Counted from the stretch's first letter, positions 1 to 8,940 are shown. The stretch is DNA of 64,000 bases from a virus (IMGVR_UViG_3300035696_000034:1-64000); one strand, 5' to 3'. Notes: generated by a model from the sequence alone, not told the origin. Made by a program: numbers and translations.

Positions 1-109
1 GAATTTGTCATACAAGTAAATAAGAAAGACGAAAAAGACGTTTATCGTATACAATATGAAGCTGCAATCGTACTCATTCACGTTTTAACTAAAGATTGGA
101 GTGTTTTCA

Positions 110-253
110 ATGGCTGAGAAAATCGTATTGTCGCCTATCCTTTTAGTGCGGGATCCTATTAACGGAAAAATCATAATTGCAGACGGGTACCATCGGCTAT
201 GCGCCGTTTACTCTTTTGATGAGGACGCGGTAATACCTTGTAAGATTGTTTAA
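110..253 (+). CDS. Short ParB/Srx-like nuclease-domain fragment (47 aa, not in ORF track)
   Basis: SD GGAG then ATG110; SPILLVRD...IIADGYHRLCAVY resembles the ParB-like DGxHR motif; N-terminus appears missing. Confidence 0.45.
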   Translation: MAEKIVLSPILLVRDPINGKIIIADGYHRLCAVYSFDEDAVIPCKIV

Positions 254-271
254 AATCTTAATAGGAGGGCT

Positions 272-415
272 ATGAAAACCGCCGAGGATTTTGTAACCGA
301 AATATTTGACGCTACGAGAGACATGAACGATACCGAGTACTGTGAATTTTTGGAAGAGATAGCGGGGGCTCTGGATGATGCGGCCCAGGTCAAACGACAA
401 GAGATGGGAGAATAA
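272..415 (+). CDS. Small acidic hypothetical protein (47 aa)
   Basis: Strong SD AGGAGG before ATG272; open to TAA415. Confidence 0.55.
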   Translation: MKTAEDFVTEIFDATRDMNDTEYCEFLEEIAGALDDAAQVKRQEMGE

Positions 416-708
416 AAGTAATCTTATGAAAGACGGACTCTTCATTTGCAAGAAATTTTCGAAAAAAAGCCATGCTCTCCCGCATGTCTATAATACAATT
501 TGTGATCATATTGCTCCGAAATGCAGCCCATACACTCCAGTGATCAAAGTCATCGATCCAAAAACCGGTAAGCGCGTTGCATATTTAATCCCATCAAAAA
601 AGTTATCCTATGACCAGATCGAGGCCATATCGGTGATGGCTACGAAAAAAGACAGAAGAAGATATACAAAGTTTTTGACACATAATTGCTAATATTGGAG
701 AAGGCAAG

Positions 709-951
709 ATGTCTGAGTTTTCTCATAGCGAAAAGATCTCTCTGGGGCAGAAATTTGGAGATGCAATAATCCATAGCGTAATCGAGGCTAAACCTGTGTC
801 GGCCAAAATAGAGAAGATACTCGAAGAAGAGTTTGGCGAGAAGCATACTAAATTTCACCTCAGGGCTGAAGACGGCTGTATTATTGTAGAGATACCTCGT
901 ATATCAAGCGATCCGTTGAACAGGACTTGGCGATTTAAAATAATCGGCTAA
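709..951 (+). CDS. Hypothetical protein
   Basis: ORF track; SD GGAG/AAGG upstream; co-oriented with neighbours. Confidence 0.6.
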   Translation: MSEFSHSEKISLGQKFGDAIIHSVIEAKPVSAKIEKILEEEFGEKHTKFHLRAEDGCIIVEIPRISSDPLNRTWRFKIIG

Positions 952-979
952 GATTCAAATTTAATACTCCGTTAATAAT

Positions 980-1005
980 AAGACCTATTAAAATAGGTCT
1001 TTTTT
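980..1005 (+). terminator. Intrinsic terminator-like hairpin
   Basis: AAGACCTAT-TAAA-ATAGGTCTT followed by T run. Confidence 0.55.
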
Positions 1006-1023
1006 CGTTCTATAGGAGTACCC

Positions 1024-1407
1024 ATGAACACTAGAAATGTAGTCTTGTCTTTTTTAAAGACTTCTTCTGAAAAAGAACAATATGACAAACTCTTGAAGCA
1101 CATGGAAAAAAATGCCATGGATTTCACGAGTATTAGCCCTATACTAGAGCCTGGGAACGCCTTAGATGAACGAGAACTAGTCAGGGCTATCAGATTATCT
1201 ATTTCTGCAGAAGAAGATGCCGCAAGTCTGTATGAACTTATAGCAGATGCTGCTGATGATAAAACAGTGAAAAAAGTTGTTCAAGACATAGCCAACGAAG
1301 AAAAGGTGCATTGTTCAGAATTTATGGCTATATTAAAAAAACTAGACGACAAAGAGATTAAGTATATCAATGAAGGTGAAGAAGAGATAAAGGATATAGT
1401 AAGGTAA
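1024..1407 (+). CDS. Ferritin-like/rubrerythrin-family protein
   Basis: RAIRLSISAEEDAASLYE...DIANEEKVH di-iron ExxH-type motifs; SD AGGAG. Confidence 0.8.
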   Translation: MNTRNVVLSFLKTSSEKEQYDKLLKHMEKNAMDFTSISPILEPGNALDERELVRAIRLSISAEEDAASLYELIADAADDKTVKKVVQDIANEEKVHCSEFMAILKKLDDKEIKYINEGEEEIKDIVR

Positions 1408-1411
1408 AAAT

Positions 1412-2242
1412 ATGATTACATGCGGGATATATGGAATTGTCTGTAAAATAAATAATAAAATATTAGTAGGGTCTAGTACTGACATTAATAGAAGATACTC
1501 TCAACATTTGTGGAAATTACGTAGAGGCATCCACAATAATCCACACTTACAAAACTCCTACAAAGTCTACGGGGAAGAAAACTTTGAAATTAAAATATTA
1601 GAGCAGTGTCCTAAAGAGAATTTACTCGAAAAAGAAGATTGGTGGATACATTCTAAAAATTCTTTAGATCAAAATGTAGGATTTAATTTCAAATCCGCAG
1701 CTAGACCTATTTTTAGTCCAGATACCTGCAAAAAGATATCTGAAGCAAAGAAGGGCTGTAAAAATCCCATGTATGGTAGGCATCTGTCCAAAGAGCACAA
1801 AGATATGATAAGCAATGCACTTAAAGGAGAAAAAAGTCCTTTTTATGGTAAATCCCCTTCAATAAAAACTAGGCTCAAGATGAGTGCTTCTCAAACTGGA
1901 AAGACTCTTTCTGAAGAAACTAAGAGAAAAATAGGTCTTGCTAATATAAATAAAATCGTGTCTGAGGAAACAAAAATTAAAATGAGTGCTTGGCAAAAAG
2001 GCGAAAAAAGTAAGAATTGGGGTAAAAAAGCTTCTGAAGAAACCAAGATTAAAATGAGTCTATCTCACAAAAATAAACCTTATAATTTATCTGATGAAGG
2101 TAGAAAAAAGCTTTCCGAATTGCATAGAGGTAAAAATAATTATATGTTTGGTAAAAAACCTTCCAAAGAAACAATAGAAAAAAGAAAGCAAACCAGACTA
2201 AACAACATAAAATTAGAACAAATAGAGAAGACAGTAAAGTGA
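1412..2242 (+). CDS. GIY-YIG homing endonuclease with NUMOD3 repeats (Seg-like)
   Basis: CGIYGIV...LVGSS..I.RRY..H; repeated SEETKxKMS and PMYGK motifs. Confidence 0.9.
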   Translation: MITCGIYGIVCKINNKILVGSSTDINRRYSQHLWKLRRGIHNNPHLQNSYKVYGEENFEIKILEQCPKENLLEKEDWWIHSKNSLDQNVGFNFKSAARPIFSPDTCKKISEAKKGCKNPMYGRHLSKEHKDMISNALKGEKSPFYGKSPSIKTRLKMSASQTGKTLSEETKRKIGLANINKIVSEETKIKMSAWQKGEKSKNWGKKASEETKIKMSLSHKNKPYNLSDEGRKKLSELHRGKNNYMFGKKPSKETIEKRKQTRLNNIKLEQIEKTVK

Positions 2243-2424
2243 AAAAGTTTCTAATCTGTTTTATAGGTTTAATTTTCTTGAGTTGTGCCCCGGTTTATGA
2301 GGTCTACTTAGGAAAAGAAGATATGCATAAGATGATGGACGGCAAGAAAATCATTTCGTTGGATACTGTAAGGACTCCAGACGGAATCCTTCTTCATGTA
2401 AAATATCAGTATCTTGAAAGATAA
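2239..2424 (+). CDS. Small putative lipoprotein
   Basis: MKKFLICFIGLIFLSC: signal peptide with lipobox-like Cys. Confidence 0.5.
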   Translation: MKKFLICFIGLIFLSCAPVYEVYLGKEDMHKMMDGKKIISLDTVRTPDGILLHVKYQYLER

Positions 2425-2427
2425 TTG

Positions 2428-2456
2428 TTGACATTTCCCGGGAATCAGCATATATT
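2428..2456 (+). promoter_or_regulatory. Sigma70-type promoter of attenuator/tRNA array A
   Basis: TTGACA(2428-33)-17 bp-TATATT(2451-56), followed by TAGTA as at promoters B and C. Confidence 0.8.
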
Positions 2457-2557
2457 TAGTACTGAATGACAGTCCGGCTCCCTTGTTCTTTGCCAGTGGC
2501 ACTGAACCTTTAAAGGCTTACCGTTGAGCCAGCCTGGTCAAATCAACGGAAAGTTTT

Positions 2558-2638
2558 ATGATCTTTGTCGTTAACCCTAATAATAATCAGCCACAACCGC
2601 GAATCATCGATTCGTTGGGCGGGGAGATTATTCACTAG
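2558..2638 (+). CDS. Attenuator leader peptide A (MIFVVNPNNNQPQPRIIDSLGGEIIH), Asn/Pro/Gln-sensing
   Basis: Codons 6-14 AAC CCT AAT AAT AAT CAG CCA CAA CCG match the downstream Asn/Pro/Gln tRNAs; overlaps antiterminator strand. Confidence 0.8.
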   Translation: MIFVVNPNNNQPQPRIIDSLGGEIIH

Positions 2639-2702
2639 GTAACGACCCCAAGAACACCAAAAGCCCGGCGAATCTGAAAAGACTCGCTGGGCTTTTTGTT
2701 TT
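2594..2702 (+). promoter_or_regulatory. Transcription attenuator A (protector 1:2, antiterminator 2:3, terminator 3:4)
   Basis: 2594-2605 pairs with 2609-2617; 2609-2620 GATTCGTTGGGC pairs with 2663-2674 GCCCGGCGAATC (12 bp, 2 G-U). Confidence 0.8.
2659..2702 (+). terminator. Intrinsic terminator of attenuator A
   Basis: AAAAGCCCGGCGAATC-TGAAAA-GACTCGCTGGGCTTTT plus TGTTTT. Confidence 0.9.
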
Positions 2703-2747
2703 GGTATTCAGATCTTTGACATATACGATTTTGTCAGAAGCACCTTT

Positions 2748-2823
2748 CTGGGCATGGTGTATCTCGGTTGCATCCGTGATTTGGGGTCACGTGGACTCAG
2801 TTCAAATCTGAGTGCCCAGACCA
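2748..2823 (+). tRNA. trnP: tRNA-Pro(TGG)
   Basis: Acceptor CTGGGCA/TGCCCAG, anticodon arm CGTGA-TTTGGGG-TCACG, TTCAAAT T-loop, encoded CCA. Confidence 0.9.
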
Positions 2824-2829
2824 TCTTAC

Positions 2830-2906
2830 TGGCAGGTAGCGAAGACCGGCATTTACGCGCCATACTGTTAATATGGAGTACGTCAGTTCGACTCTGACCC
2901 TGCCAG
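2830..2906 (+). tRNA. trnN: tRNA-Asn(GTT)
   Basis: U1-A72 acceptor TGGCAGG/CCTGCCA, CCATA-CTGTTAA-TATGG, G73; no encoded CCA. Confidence 0.9.
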
Positions 2907-2962
2907 CTTTATTAACAAAAGTTGTTAATCTATTCATATGCTTTCTTGTTTAAAGGAGGCAT

Positions 2963-3286
2963 ATGTCTAGTAATTCAGAGGCTGTTAAACGTTGGAGAAA
3001 AAAAACTAGAAAAAGAATTATAGAATCTTTAGGGGGAAAGTGTGCCTGTTGCGGGTATAATAAATGTTATGAAGCTATAGAAATACATCATATAAACTCA
3101 AATACCAAGAAATTTTCTATAAGTAGAATATGGACCGACTCTCTCTCCTGGGAGAAGATAGCGGAAGAAATTAGAAAGTGTGTATTAATTTGTAGTAATT
3201 GTAACAAAGAAATAAATATCGGTATATCTTCTCTGCCCCCCGTTTTACCCAAATTCAGCGAGAGAAACAGCTATGTTAAAAATTGA
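2963..3286 (+). CDS. HNH-like endonuclease
   Basis: LGGKCACCGY...EIHH...KCVLICSNC. Confidence 0.75.
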   Translation: MSSNSEAVKRWRKKTRKRIIESLGGKCACCGYNKCYEAIEIHHINSNTKKFSISRIWTDSLSWEKIAEEIRKCVLICSNCNKEINIGISSLPPVLPKFSERNSYVKN

Positions 3287-4031
3287 GCATAGCTATGTTG
3301 TTGTATGGGCTAAAAAGATAAAAGCTTTAAAATTAATTGGAGAAAAATGTTCTATTTGTGGAGAGAACAGATTATGGCTTTTGTTATTCCACCACACCGA
3401 CCCTACCGTAAAAGAATTTTCTATGGTCGAATTAAAAACATATCGGTGGTCTATTATAGAGAAAGAAATAAAAAAATGTGTAGTAGTCTGTTACAACTGT
3501 CACAAAGAACTTCACCATATAGATAAAAACACAAAATCCCAAATAAACAAAAAAGTGTGCTTAGATTTTTTAAATTCATACTCGTGTGGAATGTGTGGAT
3601 ACAGCAGCTGCAACGAAGCTTTAGATTTTCATCATACCAAGGACAAAAAATTTGCAATAGCAAACTACATAAATAGTACGGGATATTATAAAACAACTGA
3701 CGACCTAAGACCTGAATTAAAAGAAGAGCTAAAGAAATGCTCTATTCTATGCTCAAACTGTCATCATGATATTCATTTTAATAAAGAGAAATTAAACAAG
3801 TTTAAACCAACAATAGATCGCTATGACTACAAAGAGATGCCCAAACCTGTAGACAAAAATCTTCTTATTAAACTATATAAAAACAACGTAAAACAAATAG
3901 AAATAGCGAGAATACTAAACTGTACTAAATCTACAGTATGTGGAGTTTTAAAAAGAATAGCTGAGAAAAATCTGTTAAAATCAATTACTGAAATAAAAGA
4001 ATGTCCTTTTTCTACTTCTATTGGCGAGTAG
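3273..4031 (+). CDS. Double HNH-like endonuclease with C-terminal HTH
   Basis: Two CxxCG...FHH...CxNCH units; IARILNCTKSTV HTH; stop codon lies inside the next tRNA-Asn. Confidence 0.8.
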   Translation: MLKIEHSYVVVWAKKIKALKLIGEKCSICGENRLWLLLFHHTDPTVKEFSMVELKTYRWSIIEKEIKKCVVVCYNCHKELHHIDKNTKSQINKKVCLDFLNSYSCGMCGYSSCNEALDFHHTKDKKFAIANYINSTGYYKTTDDLRPELKEELKKCSILCSNCHHDIHFNKEKLNKFKPTIDRYDYKEMPKPVDKNLLIKLYKNNVKQIEIARILNCTKSTVCGVLKRIAEKNLLKSITEIKECPFSTSIGE

Positions 4032-4097
4032 CTGAGTTGTCACAGCGCTGCGCTGTTAACGCAGAGATCGCAGGTTAGAATCCTGTCTCGCCAGCCA
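4022..4097 (+). tRNA. trnN: tRNA-Asn(GTT), second copy
   Basis: TGGCGAG/CTCGCCA, CTGCG-CTGTTAA-CGCAG, G73, CCA. Confidence 0.88.
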
Positions 4098-4103
4098 TTT
4101 CAT

Positions 4104-4179
4104 TGGCTTGTAGCTTAATCAATCAGAGCGCCAGGCAATAGGCCTGGAGATGGGGGTGAAACACCTTTCAAGCCAGCCA
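4104..4179 (+). tRNA. Atypical tRNA-like gene (Asn-like body, loop CAATAGG, nominal anticodon ATA)
   Basis: Perfect acceptor TGGCTTG/CAAGCCA plus GCCA; non-canonical anticodon loop and T-loop TGAAACA. Confidence 0.55.
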
Positions 4180-4188
4180 TTTTTTACT

Positions 4189-4217
4189 TTGAAATCTATC
4201 GCGCAAGATAGTATATT
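4189..4217 (+). promoter_or_regulatory. Internal sigma70-type promoter
   Basis: TTGAAA-17 bp-TATATT; similar ...AGTATATTA motif at 11971-11999, 18049-18077, 26855-26883, 32655, 42555-42584. Confidence 0.65.
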
Positions 4218-4244
4218 ATAAGGACACCTCACCCAGGAGTCCCC

Positions 4245-4913
4245 ATGAAGCGACATCTGACCCTTTATTTGCACGAAAAAGACATTTATTCCGAAGAGAA
4301 CAAACGACTTGTTGTAGACCATCCTAGCGGATTTAAGGCCGTTTTGTTCAGCCCCGAATACGCCAAAATTTTTCACATCGAGAGCATAGTAGAAGTGCTG
4401 AAGATTGTAAGAGAATCTTTTACTGCTATTATATACCCAAGCGATCCTTCTGAAGACCCTGAAGCAATAGAGTATCTCCCTGATCTCAAAAAATTGCATG
4501 ATTTTTTCTCCATAGTAGATCCTAGGTTAATGGAGACTATTAGAGAGAAGGCAGCATGGTGGGATTTTTCCTACGGACACTATGACGAACAGAGAGACTA
4601 TTCAGAGAATACAAACAGACTACTTGACATATATAAAGGCCAGTCTTACTTCTTAGTGGAGGGACAGTTTAATCACATTTTTAATATTGAAGCTTTCAGA
4701 GAAAATCTGAAAAGTTTTAGGATAGAAAAAGTCGATTGCTGGGATTCTATGGGTATAATGTTTTTCCTGCAGGATCTCGAAGAAGGCACCTTTCTAAAAG
4801 CTTTCCAGAACCTCCTGGAGATCTCCAGGATAAACGAAGAAATAGCAGAGCAGAAAGATTATGCAGCACAAGAATACTGCCGACACAACGAACCTTGGAA
4901 ATTCATTAAATGA
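4245..4913 (+). CDS. Hypothetical protein
   Basis: 222-aa ORF, SD AGGAG. Confidence 0.7.
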   Translation: MKRHLTLYLHEKDIYSEENKRLVVDHPSGFKAVLFSPEYAKIFHIESIVEVLKIVRESFTAIIYPSDPSEDPEAIEYLPDLKKLHDFFSIVDPRLMETIREKAAWWDFSYGHYDEQRDYSENTNRLLDIYKGQSYFLVEGQFNHIFNIEAFRENLKSFRIEKVDCWDSMGIMFFLQDLEEGTFLKAFQNLLEISRINEEIAEQKDYAAQEYCRHNEPWKFIK

Positions 4914-5200
4914 TTTTTACTATAGGTCGTACAGAATCCTACGAAAAAAACTTCAAACTGCTCCCAAATCTGGAAAAATTGGGTAGGACTACAGATCCTG
5001 TCCTTTTAAAAGAGCTAGGCATAAAAGAGCCCTACTATGCCGGAGGATCGGTTTGGAAGACACAAAAAGAAGCTAAAAAGAACTGCCCCTCAGATTATTC
5101 GGTTTATGGGGTTGTGGCAGACTGGAAGAAAGACACTGTACCAACAGAAGACGGGGACTGGAACTATCTTTTAGTAACATCTAAATTGATTAAGATATAA
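4910..5200 (+). CDS. Conserved phage hypothetical protein
   Basis: ATGA overlap with previous gene; YxGGSVW...YGVxADW pattern. Confidence 0.65.
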   Translation: MIFTIGRTESYEKNFKLLPNLEKLGRTTDPVLLKELGIKEPYYAGGSVWKTQKEAKKNCPSDYSVYGVVADWKKDTVPTEDGDWNYLLVTSKLIKI

Positions 5201-5275
5201 CGGGGTGTGGCCAAATAGGTAAGGCCCTCGGCTTGGGACCGAGAAATTTTGTCAGTTCGAGTCTGACCGCCCCGA
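5201..5275 (+). tRNA. trnP: tRNA-Pro(TGG), second copy
   Basis: CGGGGTG/CGCCCCG, CTCGG-CTTGGGA-CCGAG. Confidence 0.9.
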
Positions 5276-5349
5276 TTTTTTAATAACCTCTTAATGCGTT
5301 TTGTACTTCAGAGCACATACAATATTACAAAGTAATTGGGAGGTACAAA

Positions 5350-6093
5350 ATGAATAAATACGGCCATTTAAAAGAAAAAGCTATCAAATTACGTGAAAAC
5401 GGGTATAGCTTACCAGATATCTGTAAGATGCTAAACAAAGGAAAAAGTACTGTTCACTACTGGATAAAAAACATACAAATTAAAAAAGTAAACGTTTTTT
5501 TAAAAAGAAGTAAGGCTAATCATAAAAACAACTGCATTGCTGCGGGACTAGCTAATAGGAAAAAATACAAAAGAGTCCATGAAAAATACAAAAAAGTAGC
5601 AGAGACTCTGTGGGACAGTGGATTAAAAAACGATGATAGTTTTAAATTATTTATCATGTACTACTCCTGTGAGGGCTACCGGCGCAGTACGTGGACTCTT
5701 GGCCTTTGTAACAGCGACCCTTCTTTAATTAAGTATTGTACTGTATGGTTTAAAATTTTAAATGTTAGAAATAAAAAAATAGAGTATAAAATTCAACTAC
5801 ATGTAGACCAAAATGAGAAAGATGTAAAAGATTATTGGAAAAAATTTTTAGGTATATCCAAAATACAGACAATACGAAAAAGTAACACTGGAAAAATGTC
5901 AGGAAGGAACTGGAACAGTAAGTATGGCGTTTTAAGTATTCTTTTCCATGATAGCTATATGAAAACCATGCTCGATACTTGGATTGATCTTTTTAAAAAA
6001 GAGTTAGTCTGTATAAAGCCAAGTTTTACTATAAAAAAAGAGGATTTACCTCCCGTGCCAGACCATACATCATATCTCAGAAACAAAGCATGA
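5350..6093 (+). CDS. HTH plus LAGLIDADG-like putative homing endonuclease
   Basis: N-terminal HTH (LRENGYSLPDICKMLNKGKSTV); YYSCEG...LCNSDPSLIK...YGVLSI pattern. Confidence 0.6.
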   Translation: MNKYGHLKEKAIKLRENGYSLPDICKMLNKGKSTVHYWIKNIQIKKVNVFLKRSKANHKNNCIAAGLANRKKYKRVHEKYKKVAETLWDSGLKNDDSFKLFIMYYSCEGYRRSTWTLGLCNSDPSLIKYCTVWFKILNVRNKKIEYKIQLHVDQNEKDVKDYWKKFLGISKIQTIRKSNTGKMSGRNWNSKYGVLSILFHDSYMKTMLDTWIDLFKKELVCIKPSFTIKKEDLPPVPDHTSYLRNKA

Positions 6094-6118
6094 AAAATAA
6101 CTAAATCAAACAGTTTAT

Positions 6119-6192
6119 TGGGATGTCATCCAATGGTAGGATTAGGGTCTTTGAAGCCCTCCATCAGTGTTCAACTCACTGCATCCCAGCCA
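6119..6192 (+). tRNA. trnQ: tRNA-Gln(TTG)
   Basis: TGGGATG/CATCCCA, AGGGT-CTTTGAA-GCCCT, GCCA end. Confidence 0.92.
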
Positions 6193-6210
6193 CTTAGAAA
6201 AAGGTGAATT

Positions 6211-6588
6211 ATGTTACCCAATGCTCAAAATGTAATACGCGATGTTTTAGTAGCTGTCATCGACAAATGTTACGCGCACAAACGAAACCACGAGTCTAGC
6301 TGTAAAGACTGCACCATGCTTGATACTGAACCTTTCAAGGTTTGCAAGCTAACATTTATCCCTGAGCACTGGGATGTAAATGAGATTATAAAGTGGCTTT
6401 TGGAACTCCCAAAAGATAAGACCTGTCACAAGTGCGATGATACCGGTTTTGTCCAATGGAACGATGGTATGGGCTGGCAGTCATACATCTGCGACTGCCC
6501 AGTAGGAAAAGCCTTAGAAAGTAATCCCCACAAAAAAGAGATTACAGATTGGTATCGATCACTCAGGAAAGAACCAGAGGACTTGTAA
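6211..6588 (+). CDS. Hypothetical Zn-finger protein
   Basis: CHKCDDTG...CDCPVG. Confidence 0.6.
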   Translation: MLPNAQNVIRDVLVAVIDKCYAHKRNHESSCKDCTMLDTEPFKVCKLTFIPEHWDVNEIIKWLLELPKDKTCHKCDDTGFVQWNDGMGWQSYICDCPVGKALESNPHKKEITDWYRSLRKEPEDL

Positions 6589-6589
6589 T

Positions 6590-7435
6590 ATGCCTCACAA
6601 AATAGTTCTTGACGCAGAATCGATCCTGGACAGAAAGTTCGACGTGCTGGATAAGGGCTTCGTTAGACTCATAGATTACATGGGTGACGACGCAAGGATA
6701 TGTGAAGCAGCCAGGGTATCGTACGCAGAAGGGACTAAGTCTATAAGCGATAACAAGGGTCTTATAAGCTATCTCATGCGGAACCAGCACACTTCCCCTT
6801 TTGAAAAAGTCATTTTTGAGTTCCACATAAAGCTTCCCATTTTTGTAGCCCGTCAGTTTATCAGGCATCGAACGGCCAGGGTCTCTGAGGTATCCGGAAG
6901 ATACTCTGTGATGAAAAATGAGTTCTATATACCAAGGAAAGAAAACATCAGAAAGCAGTCAAAGACAAATAAACAAGGTAGTGGTGATCGTTTGGATACT
7001 ATCGACGAACTTAATACTCTTTCTAATATAGAAGGAGCCACAAAAAGAGCTTATGAAGTGTATGAGTATAGCATTAATATGGGGATTTCCAGGGAGACAG
7101 CCAGGATCATTCTACCTCTGAATCTCTACACCGAGTGGTACTGGCAGATAGATCTTCATAATCTTATGAATTTTTTGAAGCTAAGATTAGATAGTCATGC
7201 CCAATATGAGATTCGGCAGTACGCAGAAATGATAGCTAACATAGTTGAACATGTGTGCCCTATGACTATGGATGCTTTTCTAGAGCACATATTGCATGGG
7301 GTACATTTTTCCCAGACACAAACGGAGAATCTTAAAAGGATTTTTATAGCCGCAAAATTAGAGCATGGAGCAGGATATTACGGTTTATCAGTAGATGACT
7401 ATGAGGATTTACAGAAAAAACTAGGTGTTGAGTAA
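6590..7435 (+). CDS. thyX: Flavin-dependent thymidylate synthase
   Basis: HTSPFE, RQFIRHRTARVSEVSGRY (RHRx7SxR motif), HAQYEIR. Confidence 0.97.
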   Translation: MPHKIVLDAESILDRKFDVLDKGFVRLIDYMGDDARICEAARVSYAEGTKSISDNKGLISYLMRNQHTSPFEKVIFEFHIKLPIFVARQFIRHRTARVSEVSGRYSVMKNEFYIPRKENIRKQSKTNKQGSGDRLDTIDELNTLSNIEGATKRAYEVYEYSINMGISRETARIILPLNLYTEWYWQIDLHNLMNFLKLRLDSHAQYEIRQYAEMIANIVEHVCPMTMDAFLEHILHGVHFSQTQTENLKRIFIAAKLEHGAGYYGLSVDDYEDLQKKLGVE

Positions 7436-7465
7436 CTAAAGTGCGGCTCAGTTTAGGGGGTCCTC

Positions 7466-7735
7466 ATGTCATATTGGTTTGTAGTTTACACGACTTACCA
7501 TGGTGACACCGGCAAAACAGATGTTAGTAATTGCATTACGAATCTTGCTGATCCGATGGCAGTGCAGCAAGCGCTTTCAGATGACGCAAATGCAGAGCTC
7601 ACAAATCGAGGATGCGACTATAGAGTATGGATAACCGTCGTTAATTGGTTACCCATAACGAAGGAGCAGTTTGATAAATACAAGGATCATAAATTACAAT
7701 TTTCGGTAGTCATCGGCGATGAACAAGAGCACTAA
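7466..7735 (+). CDS. Hypothetical protein
   Basis: ORF between thyX and tRNA-Pro; GGGGG SD. Confidence 0.55.
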   Translation: MSYWFVVYTTYHGDTGKTDVSNCITNLADPMAVQQALSDDANAELTNRGCDYRVWITVVNWLPITKEQFDKYKDHKLQFSVVIGDEQEH

Positions 7736-7742
7736 ATAATAA

Positions 7743-7816
7743 CGGAGCGTGGCCAAGCCTGGTATGGCACTGCGTTCGGGTCGCAGTTATCCCCGGTTCA
7801 AATCCGGGCGCTCCGA
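7743..7816 (+). tRNA. trnP: tRNA-Pro(CGG)
   Basis: CGGAGCG/CGCTCCG, CTGCG-TTCGGGT-CGCAG. Confidence 0.92.
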
Positions 7817-7834
7817 TTTTAAAAGGAGAATTAC

Positions 7835-8071
7835 ATGACAGCACGAGTTTATGTTGAGAAAACGATAACGATCATTAAGTCTTGTACTGAATGTGGGAAT
7901 CTCTCCATTACTTTAAATAATTGTACAAAGATGTCGAAGTTAGTGACAAGAAAACGAGATGTTGAAGGATATAAGATGAAAGAAACTTTGAAGACATTGA
8001 AAATCCCGATACCTAAATGGTGCCCGTTAAAAAAAGCCGCCAAAAGGATGAGAGAGAAACTAAAAGGTTAA
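7835..8071 (+). CDS. Hypothetical protein
   Basis: SD AAGGAG; CxxC...PKWCPL. Confidence 0.6.
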   Translation: MTARVYVEKTITIIKSCTECGNLSITLNNCTKMSKLVTRKRDVEGYKMKETLKTLKIPIPKWCPLKKAAKRMREKLKG

Positions 8072-8077
8072 ATATAA

Positions 8078-8151
8078 TGGGGTGTCGTCCAACGGTAGGA
8101 CTCTGGACTCTGGCTCCAGCTATTGGGATTCGAATTCTCACACCCCAGCCA
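8078..8151 (+). tRNA. trnQ: tRNA-Gln(CTG)
   Basis: TGGGGTG/CACCCCA, CTGGA-CTCTGGC-TCCAG, GCCA end. Confidence 0.92.
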
Positions 8152-8165
8152 TATAGGAGTTAATA

Positions 8166-8480
8166 ATGCTTTCTCAGATCCAATTAGGAACTATCCTAGT
8201 ACATTCTATCGGATGTGGTTGTCACTCATTTTATCAAGTGATAGGTATCAGTAAAACCGGAAGAACTATTACTGTAAACCAAGTAGAGTATAAAGTAACA
8301 AAAAGGAGCATAAAATATCAGACAATGGAAATCGCCCCTCAAAAAAATAAATTTGTAAAAAACCAAGATTGGGTAAAATCACAACTTCGTATAAGCGGTG
8401 ATGGAAAAATAGGCCCTAGTAAGAGATTGCAATGGTGGGATGTATGGGATGGTAAACCATGTAAAGAATATTCCGATTGA
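8166..8480 (+). CDS. Hypothetical protein
   Basis: SD AGGAG after tRNA. Confidence 0.6.
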   Translation: MLSQIQLGTILVHSIGCGCHSFYQVIGISKTGRTITVNQVEYKVTKRSIKYQTMEIAPQKNKFVKNQDWVKSQLRISGDGKIGPSKRLQWWDVWDGKPCKEYSD

Positions 8481-8940
8481 ATAAGTTTTATTTAGTAAGC
8501 CTTCTGACAAAAAAGTATATTACAGGTATGAACAAGTATTCTTCTTTTTCTGAACTTAGGTCTATCCGTGATGCTATGCTTGTTGAGCAAGCAGAACGGT
8601 ATGCTAAGCAAAAAGCCGAGCATAAAAGTACTTCCACAGTACCAGAGGATAATTGCCCTGAATGTCATGGAGCAGGAGTACTATCAAATCAGGGAGCAGA
8701 TGTTTGTTGCCCATTATGCCAGGGATGTGGCTACATTTTATGAAAAGAGCAGTCGTTATCAATTTTAAAGATGGAACAAAAAAGGAGCTTTTGTTGTCTA
8801 AGGCTACCTCTATACGTAATGAAGGCATAGACGCTGGTATGCTTCACCTGGACAGGCTTTTTGACGGTTCCTGGCGACTTACCTTCACCGATAGCATAGC
8901 GAAAGACTTTAGCTCTGTGGATTCATTAACGGTGTTAAGA

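Noticed and set aside
1740-2200. Repeated TCTGAAGAAAC-like DNA units
   Set aside because: They encode NUMOD3 protein repeats of the GIY-YIG endonuclease and are not an independent repeat element.
2460-2702. T-box riboswitch as the explanation for the leader/terminator units
   Set aside because: No T-box consensus (UGGNACC) or stem I specifier structure is seen in any of the three; codon-matched ORFs explain them better.
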